A DNA stretch of 64,000 nt from assembly GCA_964016885.1 (NCBI GenBank), contig OZ024743.1:155434001-155498000 (forward strand). Direction: 5' to 3'. This DNA comes from Eledone cirrhosa (lineage: Eukaryota). Both the position numbers and the translations under genes were made by a program. Numbering within the stretch: position 1 is the first letter of the stretch; every line of letters begins with the position of its first letter. A model generated the notes under the pieces. The model saw only the letters and a list, made by a program, of their open reading frames with translations, was not told where the DNA came from and made no database searches. Shown here piece by piece: positions 14,702 to 28,494 of this stretch.

Positions 14702-15599
14702 TGTTCTAAAAATATATAATATAATATAATAAGTATAGGAATATAAATGAAACCAAATGGGAGTAAAATTTAGATATAATATAGATAAAATATTATATAG
14801 GTAAGAAAATATTAAAGTTTGTGTAAGTATTGTATTGTGTTAGAGAGGTTAGAATTAAGTTTTCCCTGTAGGAAAATTATATTTCCAATAATAATCTACA
14901 TTAATAATCTGTTTTTTCTTTAAAAAAGTAGGTTTAAATGGAAATCAGTTAACAATATTGTTAGATTATTGAAAATAATGTAATATATTGTTCTAAATTA
15001 TAGTTAATTACTTAAAACAGTTATAGTGATGATATATAGGATTTAATCTATGGATTAATTCTAATAGCAGAAAAATAAAATGTTCTTCCTAATAATCGTC
15101 TCTTTCTCCCTGTTTTCATATATGTATAGATATACACACGCATATATATATATACACATATATATATATATATATACACATACGTATATACATACACATA
15201 CATACACACATATACATATGCATACACACACATACACATACTATATACACACACACATATACATGTACACACACATATACATGTACACACACACATGCAT
15301 ATACATAGACATACACTCATGCATATACATACATATACACACACACACACACATTTACCTATTCACACACATATACTCACATTTTTTCTCCTATATCATT
15401 TTCTATATTTGTTTAGTTGTATTTATAATATTTGAATGTCCTTCTAATTGTATGGTTACATACTATAATTAATTATTGTCTTTTATTTAATAGAGTGTCC
15501 TTCGATTTAGTAATTTCAAAAATTTCTTGGGAACACAGTCCACACTCCCTTCTATTGCCCTGATAAGAAGTAGCTCGTTTACTTATCTTCCAAGTTAAG

Positions 15600-17900
15600 T
15601 TTTATTTAATATTCCTCTTTTTACAATTATTAACTGCTTCTGCTAAAGAAGTGGTATTAGCTAAGTTTGTGTTTCGGAAACTGTGGGTGTGTGCATAAAA
15701 TCTAGATTTACACGGATTAGAAATGGATCCAATATAGGATTTATTAGAGTCCTCAGTTGTGATTACACATTTATATACTATATTATTAATTAAGCAATTT
15801 CCATTTATTCTACAATTACAATCGTTTGCATATAGGGTTTCAGATGTGCTATCCGTATTCTCAATAATAGTTGTTTCTATTTTAGGCACAAGGCCAGCAA
15901 TTATCCAGTGTATTACTGGTACTTTATTTTATCGACCCCGTAAGGATGAAAGGCAAAGTCAACCTCGGCGGGATTTGAACTCAGATCGTAAAGGGACGTA
16001 ACTATGCTGGAAAGCATGGCGTCCTACCCTCTACCGATACTGCCAATCCACCGCCGTATTCTCAATAATAGTGCTAGTATTTGTGTTTACCTTTTTATTT
16101 GGGAGAGAAAGGTTTACGGTTGGGTGGTTGAGGCCCGGATTGTTCTTAGTTGGTGAAATTATACTAGATATAGCGTTTATAGAATCATGGTTGTTTTGGA
16201 AGCTATTGGTTAGATTGGGTATGTAATTCTTAGTCCCCATTAAGGGTGAGGAAGGTGTTAGTTGGTTGTAGGCTGCTGTATTGTGCCGGTGAGGTGAGTG
16301 AGCGGATGTAGCAGGTGGGTATTCTGTAATATTCTGGTTACGCGTTGTAGTATTACCATAGTTATCCTGTGTGCGGTATATATGGAGCATTTTTACATTT
16401 ATAGATGTTATACGCACTTATTTTTTGTTGTATATTGCACGATGTGGAGTAAGAAAATGTTACTGTATTTCTGTTTAAGATTTGATGGTATTTGTGGTTA
16501 GGTGGGATATGCTTATCGAGAATTGTAAAAAATCTTTTAGAGATTTGGCCCACAGTTTGCAAGTTGAATGGGGGCGTTATAACATGTTACATTTCTTATA
16601 TGGTTTCTAAAAGGTTTCCTCTTATTATATTGGGTATCTATAGAAGTTTGAGGGTAGATATTGTTATCAGATGAAATTATAATATTGTGATTGTTATCAT
16701 GGATGTGAACTTGTTTAGTAGATTTTTGAATTGTATTAGTTTTTTATTTATTGCTTTTTGTTTGATTTGTAGAGGATATTGTGAGTTTTGTTAATGGAAC
16801 ATTATTGACAGGACCTGGAATTTCGGTTCATTCTTGTTATCCACGGTAGTTCGGATATGTTTCCCTGATTTATTGGATTGCAAGTGTTTAGAAGGTTCGA
16901 TGAGATAGGTGATATATAATTAGGTTTATTGTGAAAATTAAGATATAAGGTGTTATTATTAACTGCTTTTTTAAGAATAGTGGAGTTAGGTGTTTTCGCA
17001 CGGTTTGTAGTAATATTATTAGGTAAGTTATAGAAATATCCGGAATCTTTAGGATTGATGATTTTTAGAGAATTTGTGTCATTCGTGTTAATGTGGATAT
17101 TGGGAGTAATGGTAGGAACTAGGTGTTTCGTGTTTCATTGCTGGCACTAACTTTTTGGCGTTTTCTACGGTGTGTGTTGCTTATGCTTGGGCTGTATGCT
17201 AGTTATGTAAAATATTTTATCTGTGTAGCCACTTCTAGTTAAAGCCTCATTATAATAAGGTGCATTTTTATAGAATATTTCATCATTAGATGATACTTTA
17301 GATAATCTGAGTGAGATATTGTACACTAGATTTTTTAGTATGGAACTAGGGTGGTTAGATAGTGAGTGTATATAATGGAGGTTTTTGTTTGGTTTGTGGT
17401 AGGGTTGGTAAGTGCCTGTTGATAAGTCTAAAGTGATGTCGATGAAATCGACCATTTTAGTGCTATTTTCAAAAAGTAACTGTAAGATTATAGTATACTT
17501 TGAGGAATTTCCTAATATGCTTTTTATTTCTCTCAAATACTGAGAGACTAAGATTGTTAAATAGAAGAAGACAGTCATCGCGATATAGACCACCTTTGAG
17601 GTGGGGAAAAGAGGAATTTAAATTATACAGGAGGAATATATTTCTCCGACCAAGTGTTGATCCCATCGATAACACACACGCACACATATTTATATACACA
17701 CTCATACCTTCTAAAACCATATTTCTAAAATAGAATTTCGTTTACAATCCTATACTTTTGAGACTGCCGTATACGGCTCACCCCTATAACGTTTGTCTCT
17801 AGCTTACATATATCCCCTTCCCCACCCACATCTGAACTTTTGACCAGTCCTTTAACACAATTGAAATAAACACATACTGTATATATAGAAACATTTCCCC
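15600..17900 (-). mobile_element. Degraded Penelope-like element (Naiad-like), interrupted by a SINE
   Basis: MGSTLG, GGLYRDDCL, DFIDITLDL, SNHPSSILKNL...RLSKVSS, DKHIPPNHKYHQILNRNTVTFSYS, CNCRINGNCLINNIVYKCVI...SYIGS (GIY-YIG). Confidence 0.8.
15872..16055 (-). mobile_element. tRNA-head SINE, full length, inserted in the PLE remnant
   Basis: Same family as 14517-14701. TSD GTATTCTCAATAATAGT at 15855-15871 and 16056-16072. Confidence 0.88.
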
Positions 17901-17939
17901 CCCCTAAAACTAAGTTTGTTCTGTGAAATGGCACCTCTA

Positions 17940-17952
17940 CCGCCACCACCGT

Positions 17953-17987
<35 letters not shown>

Positions 17988-18014
17988 GTACTACTACTAC
18001 TACTATTGCTGCTG

Positions 18015-18104
<90 letters not shown>

Positions 18105-18131
18105 GTACTACTACTACTACTATTGCTGCTG

Positions 18132-18170
<39 letters not shown>

Positions 18171-18348
18171 ATACTACTACTACTACTACTGCTATTGCTA
18201 CTACTACTACAACTACTACTACTACTACCACTACCACTACTACTGCTACTTCTGCTGCTGCTACTACTACTACTACTACTACTACTAATATTGTTACTAC
18301 TACTACTACTACTACTAATGTTACTGTTACTGCTACTACTTTTACTAC

Positions 18349-18392
<44 letters not shown>

Positions 18393-18399
18393 TTACTAC

Positions 18400-18461
<62 letters not shown>

Positions 18462-18558
18462 TTGCTGCTGCTACTTCTACTACTACACCTACTACTACTA
18501 CCACTGTTACTGCAACTACTACTACTATCACTACTACTACTATTACTACTAATACTAG

Positions 18559-18602
<44 letters not shown>

Positions 18603-18614
18603 TTGCTGATATTG

Positions 18615-18645
<31 letters not shown>

Positions 18646-18671
18646 CACTACTACTGCTACTTCTGCTACTG

Positions 18672-18710
<39 letters not shown>

Positions 18711-18777
18711 TTGTTACTACTACTACTACTAATACTACTACTACTAATAATGTTACTGTTACTGCTACTACTATTAA

Positions 18778-18812
<35 letters not shown>

Positions 18813-19087
18813 ATAATAATAATAATACGGCTACTACTACTGCTATTACTACTACTACTACTACTACTACTACTACAACTACTACTATTACCACTACTAC
18901 TACTCCTGCTACTACTACTACTACAACTACTACTACTAATATTACTACTACTACTACCACTACTACTACTACTACTCCTACTGCTACTGCTACTACTACT
19001 CCTACTACTCCTACTACTACTACTGCTACTACTGCTGCTGATGCTGATACTACTACTACTACTACTACTACTACTGCTGCTACTATG

Positions 19088-19121
<34 letters not shown>

Positions 19122-19151
19122 GACTAGTGCAGCTGCTGCTACTGCTACAGT

Positions 19152-19183
<32 letters not shown>

Positions 19184-19247
19184 TTACTACTACTACTACT
19201 ACTTCTGCTACTGCTACGGCTACTGGTACTACTACCACTACTACTGT

Positions 19248-19278
<31 letters not shown>

Positions 19279-19321
19279 GCTACTACTACTACCACTACTA
19301 CTACAACTGATACTGCTATTG

Positions 19322-19384
<63 letters not shown>

Positions 19385-19385
19385 T
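17940..19385. repeat. ~1.45-kb imperfect (CTA)n microsatellite
   Basis: Direct reading. Produces spurious poly-L/poly-V/poly-Y ORFs. Confidence 0.95.
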
Positions 19386-19525
19386 GACAACCTCTCTCTA
19401 TATATACAAGTTTCTACTTTAGACCCAGTGATCTTCCCAACAAGAAATATCAATAGACATTCTCAACGCCTAATCTTTAATTGTTAATTGTTAATTATTT
19501 TTAATTCTTTTTAATTGTAATATTC

Positions 19526-19573
19526 AACATGTGATAAGATGGATTTCACTGATACATCGAAACTGGTTATGTT
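19526..19573 (+). ncRNA. Degenerate minimal hammerhead related to the family B HHR
   Basis: AACAT-GTGATAA-GATG(...)CATC-GAAAC-TG-GTT-ATGTT. Perfect 5-bp stem I; core position 3 is mutated. Confidence 0.55.
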
Positions 19574-19683
19574 TTACATATGTTTTTACATATGTTATAT
19601 AACTCCTGTTTCAAAAACCTTTCCTCTCACCTTTTCAATAATGTCATTTTGATGGATCAAAGAAAAAAATGAAAAATAATTTG

Positions 19684-19754
19684 ATATAAGTATGTATACG
19701 TACATACATATATGTATACAGACCTACAGTAGTATGTATATATATACATACATT

Positions 19755-19813
<59 letters not shown>

Positions 19814-20292
19814 GTATGGATTTACCGAACGTTTATTATAATGCTCAGTTTGTTTGTAAACAAACAGCCCTAATTAAGCCGTACAGTATTTAGTAACCAT
19901 CGCTGCCCTTTTGTTCAACACTGACAAAAGAAGATGCACTAGTTTCAAGCTTATTAGCTATCGTCAGCACCGTATACCTTCCTGCCAGATGATTGAACGT
20001 CTGAAAGTATATACTTTCCTTATGCATATTAACGGATGAGCAGCCTCATTTGCATATCGTTGAGTTAATCGGCTGGGCGCACCGAAATCGATAAAGGGAA
20101 AAAATGAAACGAAATTTAATTTCTCACTCTTAATACGGCTGTTACATAAATATAAGTATGTATACGTACATTCATATATGTATACATACATACAGTAGTA
20201 TGTATATATATACATACATGCACACATATATATATGTACGTATGGATTTACCGATCATTTATTATAAAGCTCGGTTTGTCTGTAAACAAACA
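19684..20292 (-). mobile_element. Diverged ~1.3-unit copy of the 420-bp hammerhead repeat (retrozyme-like)
   Basis: Colinear with the 48.4-51.4 kb units. HHR at 19932-19972 (minus): CGGTG-CTGACGA-TAGCT-AATA-AGCTT-GAAAC-TA-GTG-CATCT. Octamer ATTTGCAT at 20048. Confidence 0.85.
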
Positions 20293-21645
20293 TCCCGAAT
20301 TATTGGAGTCCCAATTAAACCGGTTATTAAACACATAGTTTCCCGGAAATGTCACACAACTCTAAGGGCAAGGGGTAATCAGTGTACGATTGTATACATT
20401 TCTATATTTGACATGAAATGATTATGGATTCGTAGGAGTCAATTTGGCGAAAAGAGTGTGTGCGATTCTTTAACTTGATTAGATAGAGAATAAAAGTCAC
20501 ATTTAATGCAGTATTCAATGACACTATAATGTTTCGGAGCGGATGTAAATAGCTATTTACCTATAGGGAAGATTCATCTAAGTACCTTGCGTGGTAACAT
20601 TCGTCGTTGAACTTATATAAATCGCGACCCACGTTAAAACATATCAACCGATTGTGTGAATGCGTGGCCAGTCCAAGTATTAAAGGAGTGCTACGTTCCC
20701 AGTTTATCTGCATACATTGAAGTCCCTTTCTTATGATTTCATTGAAATGATGTGTGTATTGGCATGGTCAAATAGTTTATCTGAAGTTTGGGAATGCTGA
20801 ATAGATGTATAAATACAAAAAAATAGCGCTGAAATATTTGAAACTATCTTTATTAGACGTCATTGCTCCTGAAATACATGGCATATATATGAGTGAGTGG
20901 AAGGGTGAATTGCGCATACGGCTTAAAAAGTCATTTCCAAAACGACTATACTGTTACCTGAATATAAGAAATGTGTATTTAAAGGATTATCGATACGGTG
21001 GAAATATGTATTTGTGTTATTGGTAGTTTCGTTTGAAAATAGAATAAGATTATTGGTTTTTTTTATATTTAGAGATGACTAAATTGTTTTAGGAGAATTA
21101 AAAATACTGTTTCGTTTTATATATTCATTTTTTTTTAAAGGACACACGGGATGATATAAAATGAGTTGCAGTTAAACAAGACTAATGATATTGATAATGT
21201 AGGTGAATACTTAATGGAGTTCCTTATCTAACCTTATGATTTGTAACTATCGAGGCACCAGTAAAAAAGAAGGTGTGTTAATATTATGCTTCCAGTCATC
21301 AGTCAAAGAGAAATATTTTTAAGAGTTGGTACTGTCGATCTTTCACCCAATCTGGCGGATAATCATTTCTGAAGTTGCAAAATAGTAATTTAGGAAATGT
21401 GTAGGAATTATATGGAATATAATATAAATACATGGAATTTAAAAACTCGATCCATGATAAGTTTTGAAATCAAAGTTCCATCTACGGACTCACCAACTTT
21501 ATGAGAAGTATCAAACATAAAATGAAGCTCGATGGTACGCATGCGACATATCTCTCGCCTTCTCTCTAATCATATTACAGGCAGACACAGACTCACACAC
21601 ACACAAACACACACACAGACTCACACACACACATACACACACACG

Positions 21646-21692
<47 letters not shown>

Positions 21693-21900
21693 ATACACAT
21701 ACACACACACATGCACAGAAAAGTGTACTCAATACCAAAATAGCATTTTAATGTTCACTTTTTAAGGCTAAAGATGGAGTCTTATTTCTATAGAATCTCA
21801 CCAATTTAGGATAGGGAACCAGACAAGTGTTTTATGACCCTGTGTTAAATAGACGAAAGGCTAGAGCGTCAATAGTCACTAGTTAGCCTTAATAAAATGA

Positions 21901-21965
<65 letters not shown>

Positions 21966-22006
21966 TAACAGATTACAGTTTAAGCAAATAATCGCTGCTT
22001 TCACCC

Positions 22007-22186
22007 TTAACAGGATCTTCTGAAACTAACAAAGTCAATCTGTGAACGCAGAAGTGGATATTTCAAAAAACGTTGCAACCGGAGGAAGACAGGCAGACGA
22101 TACTTTGGTTCGTGGAAACGTTCCCTGGCAAAGAACGGGAAAAACGAATATAATACGTCATTGTTAGTTTCAGAAGATCCCGTTAA
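22007..22186. repeat. 26-bp inverted repeat with 128-bp spacer, between (TA)n tracts
   Basis: TTAACAGGATCTTCTGAAACTAACAA (22007-22032) vs TTGTTAGTTTCAGAAGATCCCGTTAA (22161-22186), 1 mismatch. Confidence 0.75.
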
Positions 22187-22273
22187 CGATTTGTTCTACG
22201 GTTCTTATATATTTGATATATATTTATCCTTATCGAGCCCTCTTTGGATTTTAGTCTTCAAATTTATTATTAT

Positions 22274-22315
<42 letters not shown>

Positions 22316-22318
<3 letters not shown>

Positions 22319-23134
22319 ATTGTTTCTACTTTTGGCACAAGGCCAGCAATTACCCAATGCATTACTGGTACTTTATTCTATCGACCCCGCAAGGATGAAC
22401 GGCAAAGTTAACCTCGGCGGGATTTGAACTCAGATCATACAGGGAGGTAATTCTATGCTTCAAAGCATTATTAGAACACTGGTACGTTATATCCGTAGTA
22501 GGAGAGCACTCAATCCATGAGATGAGTTTGGTGGACGTAGTTCCACAATAATAGTTCACCATTTCCGAGAACAATTGTGTTGCATTATTCGGATCATCAG
22601 CGGGGTTTAAATGAGATTTTCCGGAATAGGAAAAACAAATGTACGAATAAGCATGTGCAGAAACAGTCACTTCCCAAAGGGGAACAATCTATGTTGGATC
22701 AGTGTGACGGAGACGACAGTGGAAACTCAGAATAATAATTGTTTCTTTTTTTGGCACAAGGCCAACAATTACTCAGTGTATTACTGGTACTTTATTTTAT
22801 CGACCCCGTAAGGATGTAAGGCAAAGGTAAACCTCGGCGGGATTTGAACTCAGAATGGAAAGGGCCGTAGCTCTTTGCGTCAAAGTATGGCGTCCGACCC
22901 TTTACCGATATTGCCAATCTACCGACAGTGGAAACACAGAAAAAAATAATTGTTTCTAGTTTTGGCACAAGGCCAGCAATTACCCAATACATTACAGGTA
23001 CTTTATTTTATCGACCCCGTAAGGATGAAACGCAAAGTTAACCTCGACGGGATTTGAACTCAGACCGTGAAGGGACGCAACTATGCTAGAAAGCCTGGCG
23101 TCTGACCCTCTACAGATACTGCCAATTCACCGCC
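22316..23134 (-). mobile_element. Cluster of three SINE copies (~22316-22460 partial, ~22740-22924, ~22950-23134)
   Basis: Same SINE family. A target motif (GACAGTGG)AA(A)CTCAGAATAATAAT recurs at ~22715, ~22925 and ~23137. Confidence 0.85.
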
Positions 23135-23159
23135 CTAACTCAGAATAATAATGATAACT

Positions 23160-23900
23160 TATTCATTTTATTCAATCCATAATATAATAGATTATTCATG
23201 TTAGTAAGTTTGGTGCTTTGTAATTACGTAACATGTTTCCAGACGTGCAGACAACGTCAGAAAGACTTATTCCTTACATTTTGTCACGGCGCTATTAAGT
23301 AAACTCTTCAAGATATAGATTCTTTCTTCTATGCACAGCCCACAAAACGGTTTCACATTTCCATATGGTGATGTGGGCTTTCATATTCTTAGCACATGAG
23401 TATCCTAGTTTCAGCCTGTGTCTGTTAAATATGGAGCGGTATTTGTGACTAATGGGGAAGTCTCTATCTAAGAAATCTAAAAATAGTTTTACATACATTA
23501 GTTTTAACATTGCGTGAGGTGGGGAGTGAACCAAATTATCTTTCTATTAGGACGATTTATTTTCCTAATGCTGTTGCGTTAGTAGAGTAGTAAGCATTTG
23601 GTTTTGAGAAGCCGCTGTTAGCTAACGCCGCGTTGTAGTAGGGTTCTGCTCTGTCAAATATTGCTTTATTAGAGGAGAGATTATAGATTCTAATGCCGAT
23701 GTTTTTCACGAAGTTTCTAAAAACTATAGGTGGGTGACATGATTCCTTGTCTACGTGGTTTAGATTCTCATTTATTTTATGGAAGTGTCTAATGGTGTGT
23801 GTGTGAAGATCTAAATTATGTCTAAGTAATCTATGCTAGTAAGATTATTAGTTACTGTTAACTTAGTCTGTAAACTCATTAAAAGTAATAACTAAATCTT
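23160..23900 (-). mobile_element. Degraded Penelope-like element fragment (Naiad-like RT C-terminus/linker)
   Basis: HPPIVFRNFVKNIGIRIYNLSSNKAIFDRAEPYYNAALANSGF and FLDFLDRDFPISHKYRSIFNRHRLKLGYSCAKNM. Confidence 0.75.
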
Positions 23901-24029
23901 TTTTTTTCATATAGTTCCTCTCATTTTTTTCAATAATGTCACTTTCACAGATCAAAGGAGAAAAAAAGAAAAGCAGGACCTTTAAATATATTTTAAGTGT
24001 TATTTCCAACTCCACTTTATCTTCCCCTA

Positions 24030-24084
<55 letters not shown>

Positions 24085-25049
24085 TTAAGATCAATAAAAT
24101 ATCTAAACTTGATATTTCCTTGTCACCAAACAATCTTTGTAAATGTTATTTTCCCCATCTTAATATATCATTTTTTGTTTCAGAACTTTTCAACTGCTAC
24201 TGCGAATCTAGCTGTCCTAGTGTCACATTCATCATTTTCTTAATATAAAATAACCTCACCACATGACAGTAATAGATTCATCAATTGGTAACAATTTACC
24301 TGATTTTAAATATTTATATGTGCTACATGAACCAAATATATAAATCGTTCCATACTTGGTGTGAGCAAGTATGTATATGATATTGCATTTTTCCTGAACG
24401 ATATTTATGCCTGAACGTATATAATGTGACTATGTTTGAACATTAGTTTAAATGTAATTGAACATGCCACAAATATCTATCCATTATGCTAATGCACGTA
24501 TAGACTATTTCTATCTCATATCATCCTTCATTTTCTCTTTATTAACCGTGTAGTATTATTAACACTATTCATTCACATTTACTTATGAATACATGAAGGA
24601 AGTTGATATGTTTAGAAGCTTCAGTGTATCTCGAGACTATTACCCAGGTCGCTCTCTCTCTCTACGCTCCTCTCTCTCATTTCTCTCCCCTTTACCTCCC
24701 CTCTGTCCCAATCCCTCCATCCCCACTCTCTCCCACTTCATTAACATATCAACATCCTTTGACTGCAGTAGTTGAAGGTTATAAATCCTCCGTAGTTGGG
24801 GTACTAATACATGCTATTGGCAGTATTTCAAAACCCAGGTAGTATTTTAATAGAAAGAATGCAAAGAAGCGGAATATATAACATTGGGATATATATGTAA
24901 TGCTGTAACACACTCACACTTCCAAATATACCGAACTAATACTATATTTATAAAGACAGTAAAGATAAAATTCTAGTAACCATTCAAATATGTATACGTG
25001 ATTGTATCTGTTTAATTGTGCAAATGCGTGTGTATTATTATACACCCCA

Positions 25050-25240
25050 GAGCGGTAGATTGGTAGTATCGGTAGAGGTTGGACGCCATGATTTGTAGCT
25101 TAGAATTACGGCCCTTTATGAGCTGAGTTCAAATCCCACCGAGGTTAACTTTGCCTTTCACCCTTACGGGGGCGATAAAATAAAGAACCAGTAATACACT
25201 AGGATAATTGCTGGCCTTGTGATATATGTAGAAACAATTA
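25050..25240 (+). mobile_element. tRNA-head SINE
   Basis: A box, B box GAGTTCAAATCC, core and 3' tail as in the other copies. Confidence 0.85.
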
Positions 25241-25511
25241 TTATACTACCATAACACCACCATATTCAGAGCGGCTGTCAAACTGCATGCGATTACCTCT
25301 TTATAATTAAAAACAAATCTTCTGGGGAATACGAGGATCGATTCCTCGTAGCGTAGGTGGCAACTTCATTTTCTGTCTTTAAGCGTCTTCCCTCCATTTT
25401 TTTAAAGTTACTCGTGATGATAAAAGCAGACCTGTAGAAGAGAAAATGGCTGTTTTGAATACGTTGTCTTGTTTTTAGTATGATGCAAAAACGCTATGTG
25501 TGTGAAAACAG

Positions 25512-25880
25512 TCAAAAATCTTCCAGATATGTCAGATTCTTCGTTTTACCGTTCGTGCATACTATGTGAAGATTTCTAGTTGTTCCCACTCGTGAACAAC
25601 CAACATATAACTGTTCAAGGCTGAAAACCAATACTGTAATATCCAATCCTACAACTTTTAGACTCTGACCCTGAGCATTATTTATTGCAATAGCAAAACA
25701 TGAAATTTTACGAATTTGAAAGGCAGCTCGATAGAGAAATGAAGTACGTGCATTTTTTCCTTGATGATTGCCTCTGCGAATTTTGACGTCTATGATATGG
25801 TTAAGCAGCCAGATGACTGTTAAGCATATGCCATTGCATAGACGTGACAGGTCCAGCTTTCTCAAAAGAGTGATTTGTAT
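25512..25880 (-). mobile_element. Helitron PIF1-helicase C-terminal remnant
   Basis: RLCNG..., FAIAINNAQGQSLKVVGLD..VFSLEQLYVGCSRVG...NGKTKNL matches the Helitron helicase end motif (FAMTINKSQGQSL...VFSHGQLYVACSRV). Confidence 0.8.
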
Positions 25881-27465
25881 TTCAGTTTTTTTATATTATA
25901 TATAGATATAGACAATTATATATAAATGTGTGTATTTGTGTGTTCACGTGCGTGTATGTGTGTGCATGTGTGTGTGTGAGTATGTGTGTGTATGTGTGAA
26001 TGTGAGTGTGTGTGTGTATGTGAGTGTGTGTGAGTATGTGTGTGTATGTGTGAATGTGAGTGTGCATACGCGTGTATGTGTATGCGTATGTGTGTGTGAA
26101 TATGTGCGTATCAGTGTGCGTAAACCAGCGTTCGGATCCATGGACAGGCTGGTCTTGAAAACATGATAATGATGAGACTGAAACACGTACTAATAATTTT
26201 CCTTCAACTTCAAAACAAAATTCCACGACTTTATTCTCTAAAGTATATTAATTTATTTGTGGCATTTTATCAGTTAAATGCAATTGAGCTTAAGTAGACA
26301 CTCCATCTTGTCTCTGAATCGTTCACGTCTACTGAATATACATCAATTCAAACAAGGGCAGTGATATTATTTACCAGGCATATTATTACCCAGTGCATAA
26401 AGTACCAGTAATGCACTGGGTAATTGCTGGCCTTGTGCCTAAAGTAGAAACAATTATTTACCAGGCTAAATTTGTTTTCTGAAAAATGGTTGAAAATGAA
26501 ATATCAGTTATAGTATCGCAGCATAACTCTACCGAATGCATCCTACAAGCGAATGTATGGGTTCACGGGAAGCTAAATTATGTTAATAGACCTAGGTTGT
26601 TATATTTGACATTGATATCTATTGCCAACATTTCTACTAACAGAAGAGCAATATATTATCTCGTCCGGCGTGGCTGTGGGTGGGCTCCATCGCATCTCAC
26701 TAAATTATGATATGGCTTTTTACTTCATAGAAAGTTCTTTTGTGCCATGATTTATGTTGATGGTTCTTTCATAGCAATTCCTAACACTTTTAACACTGAA
26801 TATACGTTTGTAATGCGGAGTTATTTTCAAAATGTCTTTTTTTAATTTCAAATGACATCCACTACTTTGAAGAAATTCGTATGTTCACAATGAATTACTT
26901 TGTCATGTGAAATGTTTTATTTCACTTTGCTCTCATTACCGATATTGTATCTATCTTGGATTTTATTTTAGTCAAATATATCAAGTTGACAACACATTAT
27001 TTATGAAGTAATAGGCAAATCTGTTGAGCAAACATAAAATGAGCAATCATTAAACTTGTTTAGATAATAAAATATGACAACTCATTCCATAATTATATTC
27101 AATCATATATATCTGTCATCCATATTGTGTTACAGATGTTTAAATTCATTTTGTACCATTTCAAATTCTATTATTATATCATTATTTTATAAACCTGTTT
27201 TGTTCAATACATTTAGTCTCTTATGTCTGACAGTTCTACAGTGTTTAACCATAAGCATCCCGTTAAGAAATTACACCGGCGATAGTATAGGTAACTGACC
27301 ACACAATAAAGATCACGACCGGATGACCGTGACCACTGTAGCCTACTCCAATTATTCCTCTACTATGAAAGCAACAAAGGCGACAGCCTAATACCAACGC
27401 CTTCCAACCAACATCTTCCTGGAGATAAACATAGCAGAAGGAAGAAGAGTCCACCCGAGCATAAA

Positions 27466-28494
27466 GTGAAAGGGGCGCGTAACGGGCTACAGAGCATTAA
27501 CATGCATAAGGACGGTTACCCTGATGGAACCACCCGTAACAACCGTACAAGGACACGTAATCGCCAACGTAACGTCCTATGGTTCCATCCCCCCCTACTC
27601 TCGAATGGTGGCCTCCGACATACCCCGGATATTCTTCGAAGCCTTAGAGAAGAGCTTCCCACACAACCATAGGTATAGAAAAATCTTTAATAGGAACAAT
27701 ATAACAATATCCTTCTCTACTACTCCTAACCTAGCAGACATAATAGAACAACTAATCACAGTAAGATCTCCAAGACACAACACCTTAGTACAGACGCACC
27801 TACACCTGACAATAACTATATCGACCTTAACGACTCCCTAGCAGCATCCAATAGTGCTGGCAACAGCCTCTACAGACGCAACCAGCATGACCGCGACATG
27901 CAGGACAATAATGGTACCACCCCGCGCACAGTGGGTTGTAATGGTGCTAACGACAGGTGCGGGAGAGTAGGTAACAACGTAGATAGCAATAATGATAGAC
28001 TTACCGTGGTAATTAGAAGGGACCGCGACCGAAATTGCAACTGCCGCGACAGGGGACGCTGCCCCCTGAGGCGATACTGCTTGGCTGATAGGGTTATATA
28101 TAGGTGCACTGTAACTAGCCACAATAGCGTTAAACATTATATAGGGGTTACATCTGGCCCGTTCACAATTAGATTTCGAACACATCTCCACTCTTTCAAA
28201 AATAAGAAATTAAGAAACTCCACTTCGCTCGTAGACTACATTACATCATTAAAATACTTAAACATCAGCTTCTCCACGCACTGGGATATTGCCGGCAGGG
28301 CTCAACCGTACAACTTCAAGAGGAAGTGCGATCTTTGCCTCATGGATCTCTACCACATCACAACGGCACCCCACGAGCTCATCAACAGCAGAGCTGAAAC
28401 GACGATAGGCGATCGAGCACCTTCTTTATACGCTATTTGGCAACTAACTGCATGTATCACCTATCCCACCCTTTTGCTCTCTCTCGATACGTAA
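27466..28494 (+). mobile_element. Degraded Penelope-like element 3' part (Naiad-like linker + GIY-YIG)
   Basis: RQRNVLWFHPP, FPHNHRYRKIFNRNNITISFST, CNCRDRGRCPLRRYCLADRVIYRCTV...HYIGVTSGPFTIRFRTHLHSF, KCDLCL. Confidence 0.8.

Noticed and set aside
17725-19387. 400-aa poly-Val / poly-Leu ORFs
   Set aside because: Translations of the (CTA)n microsatellite, not genes.
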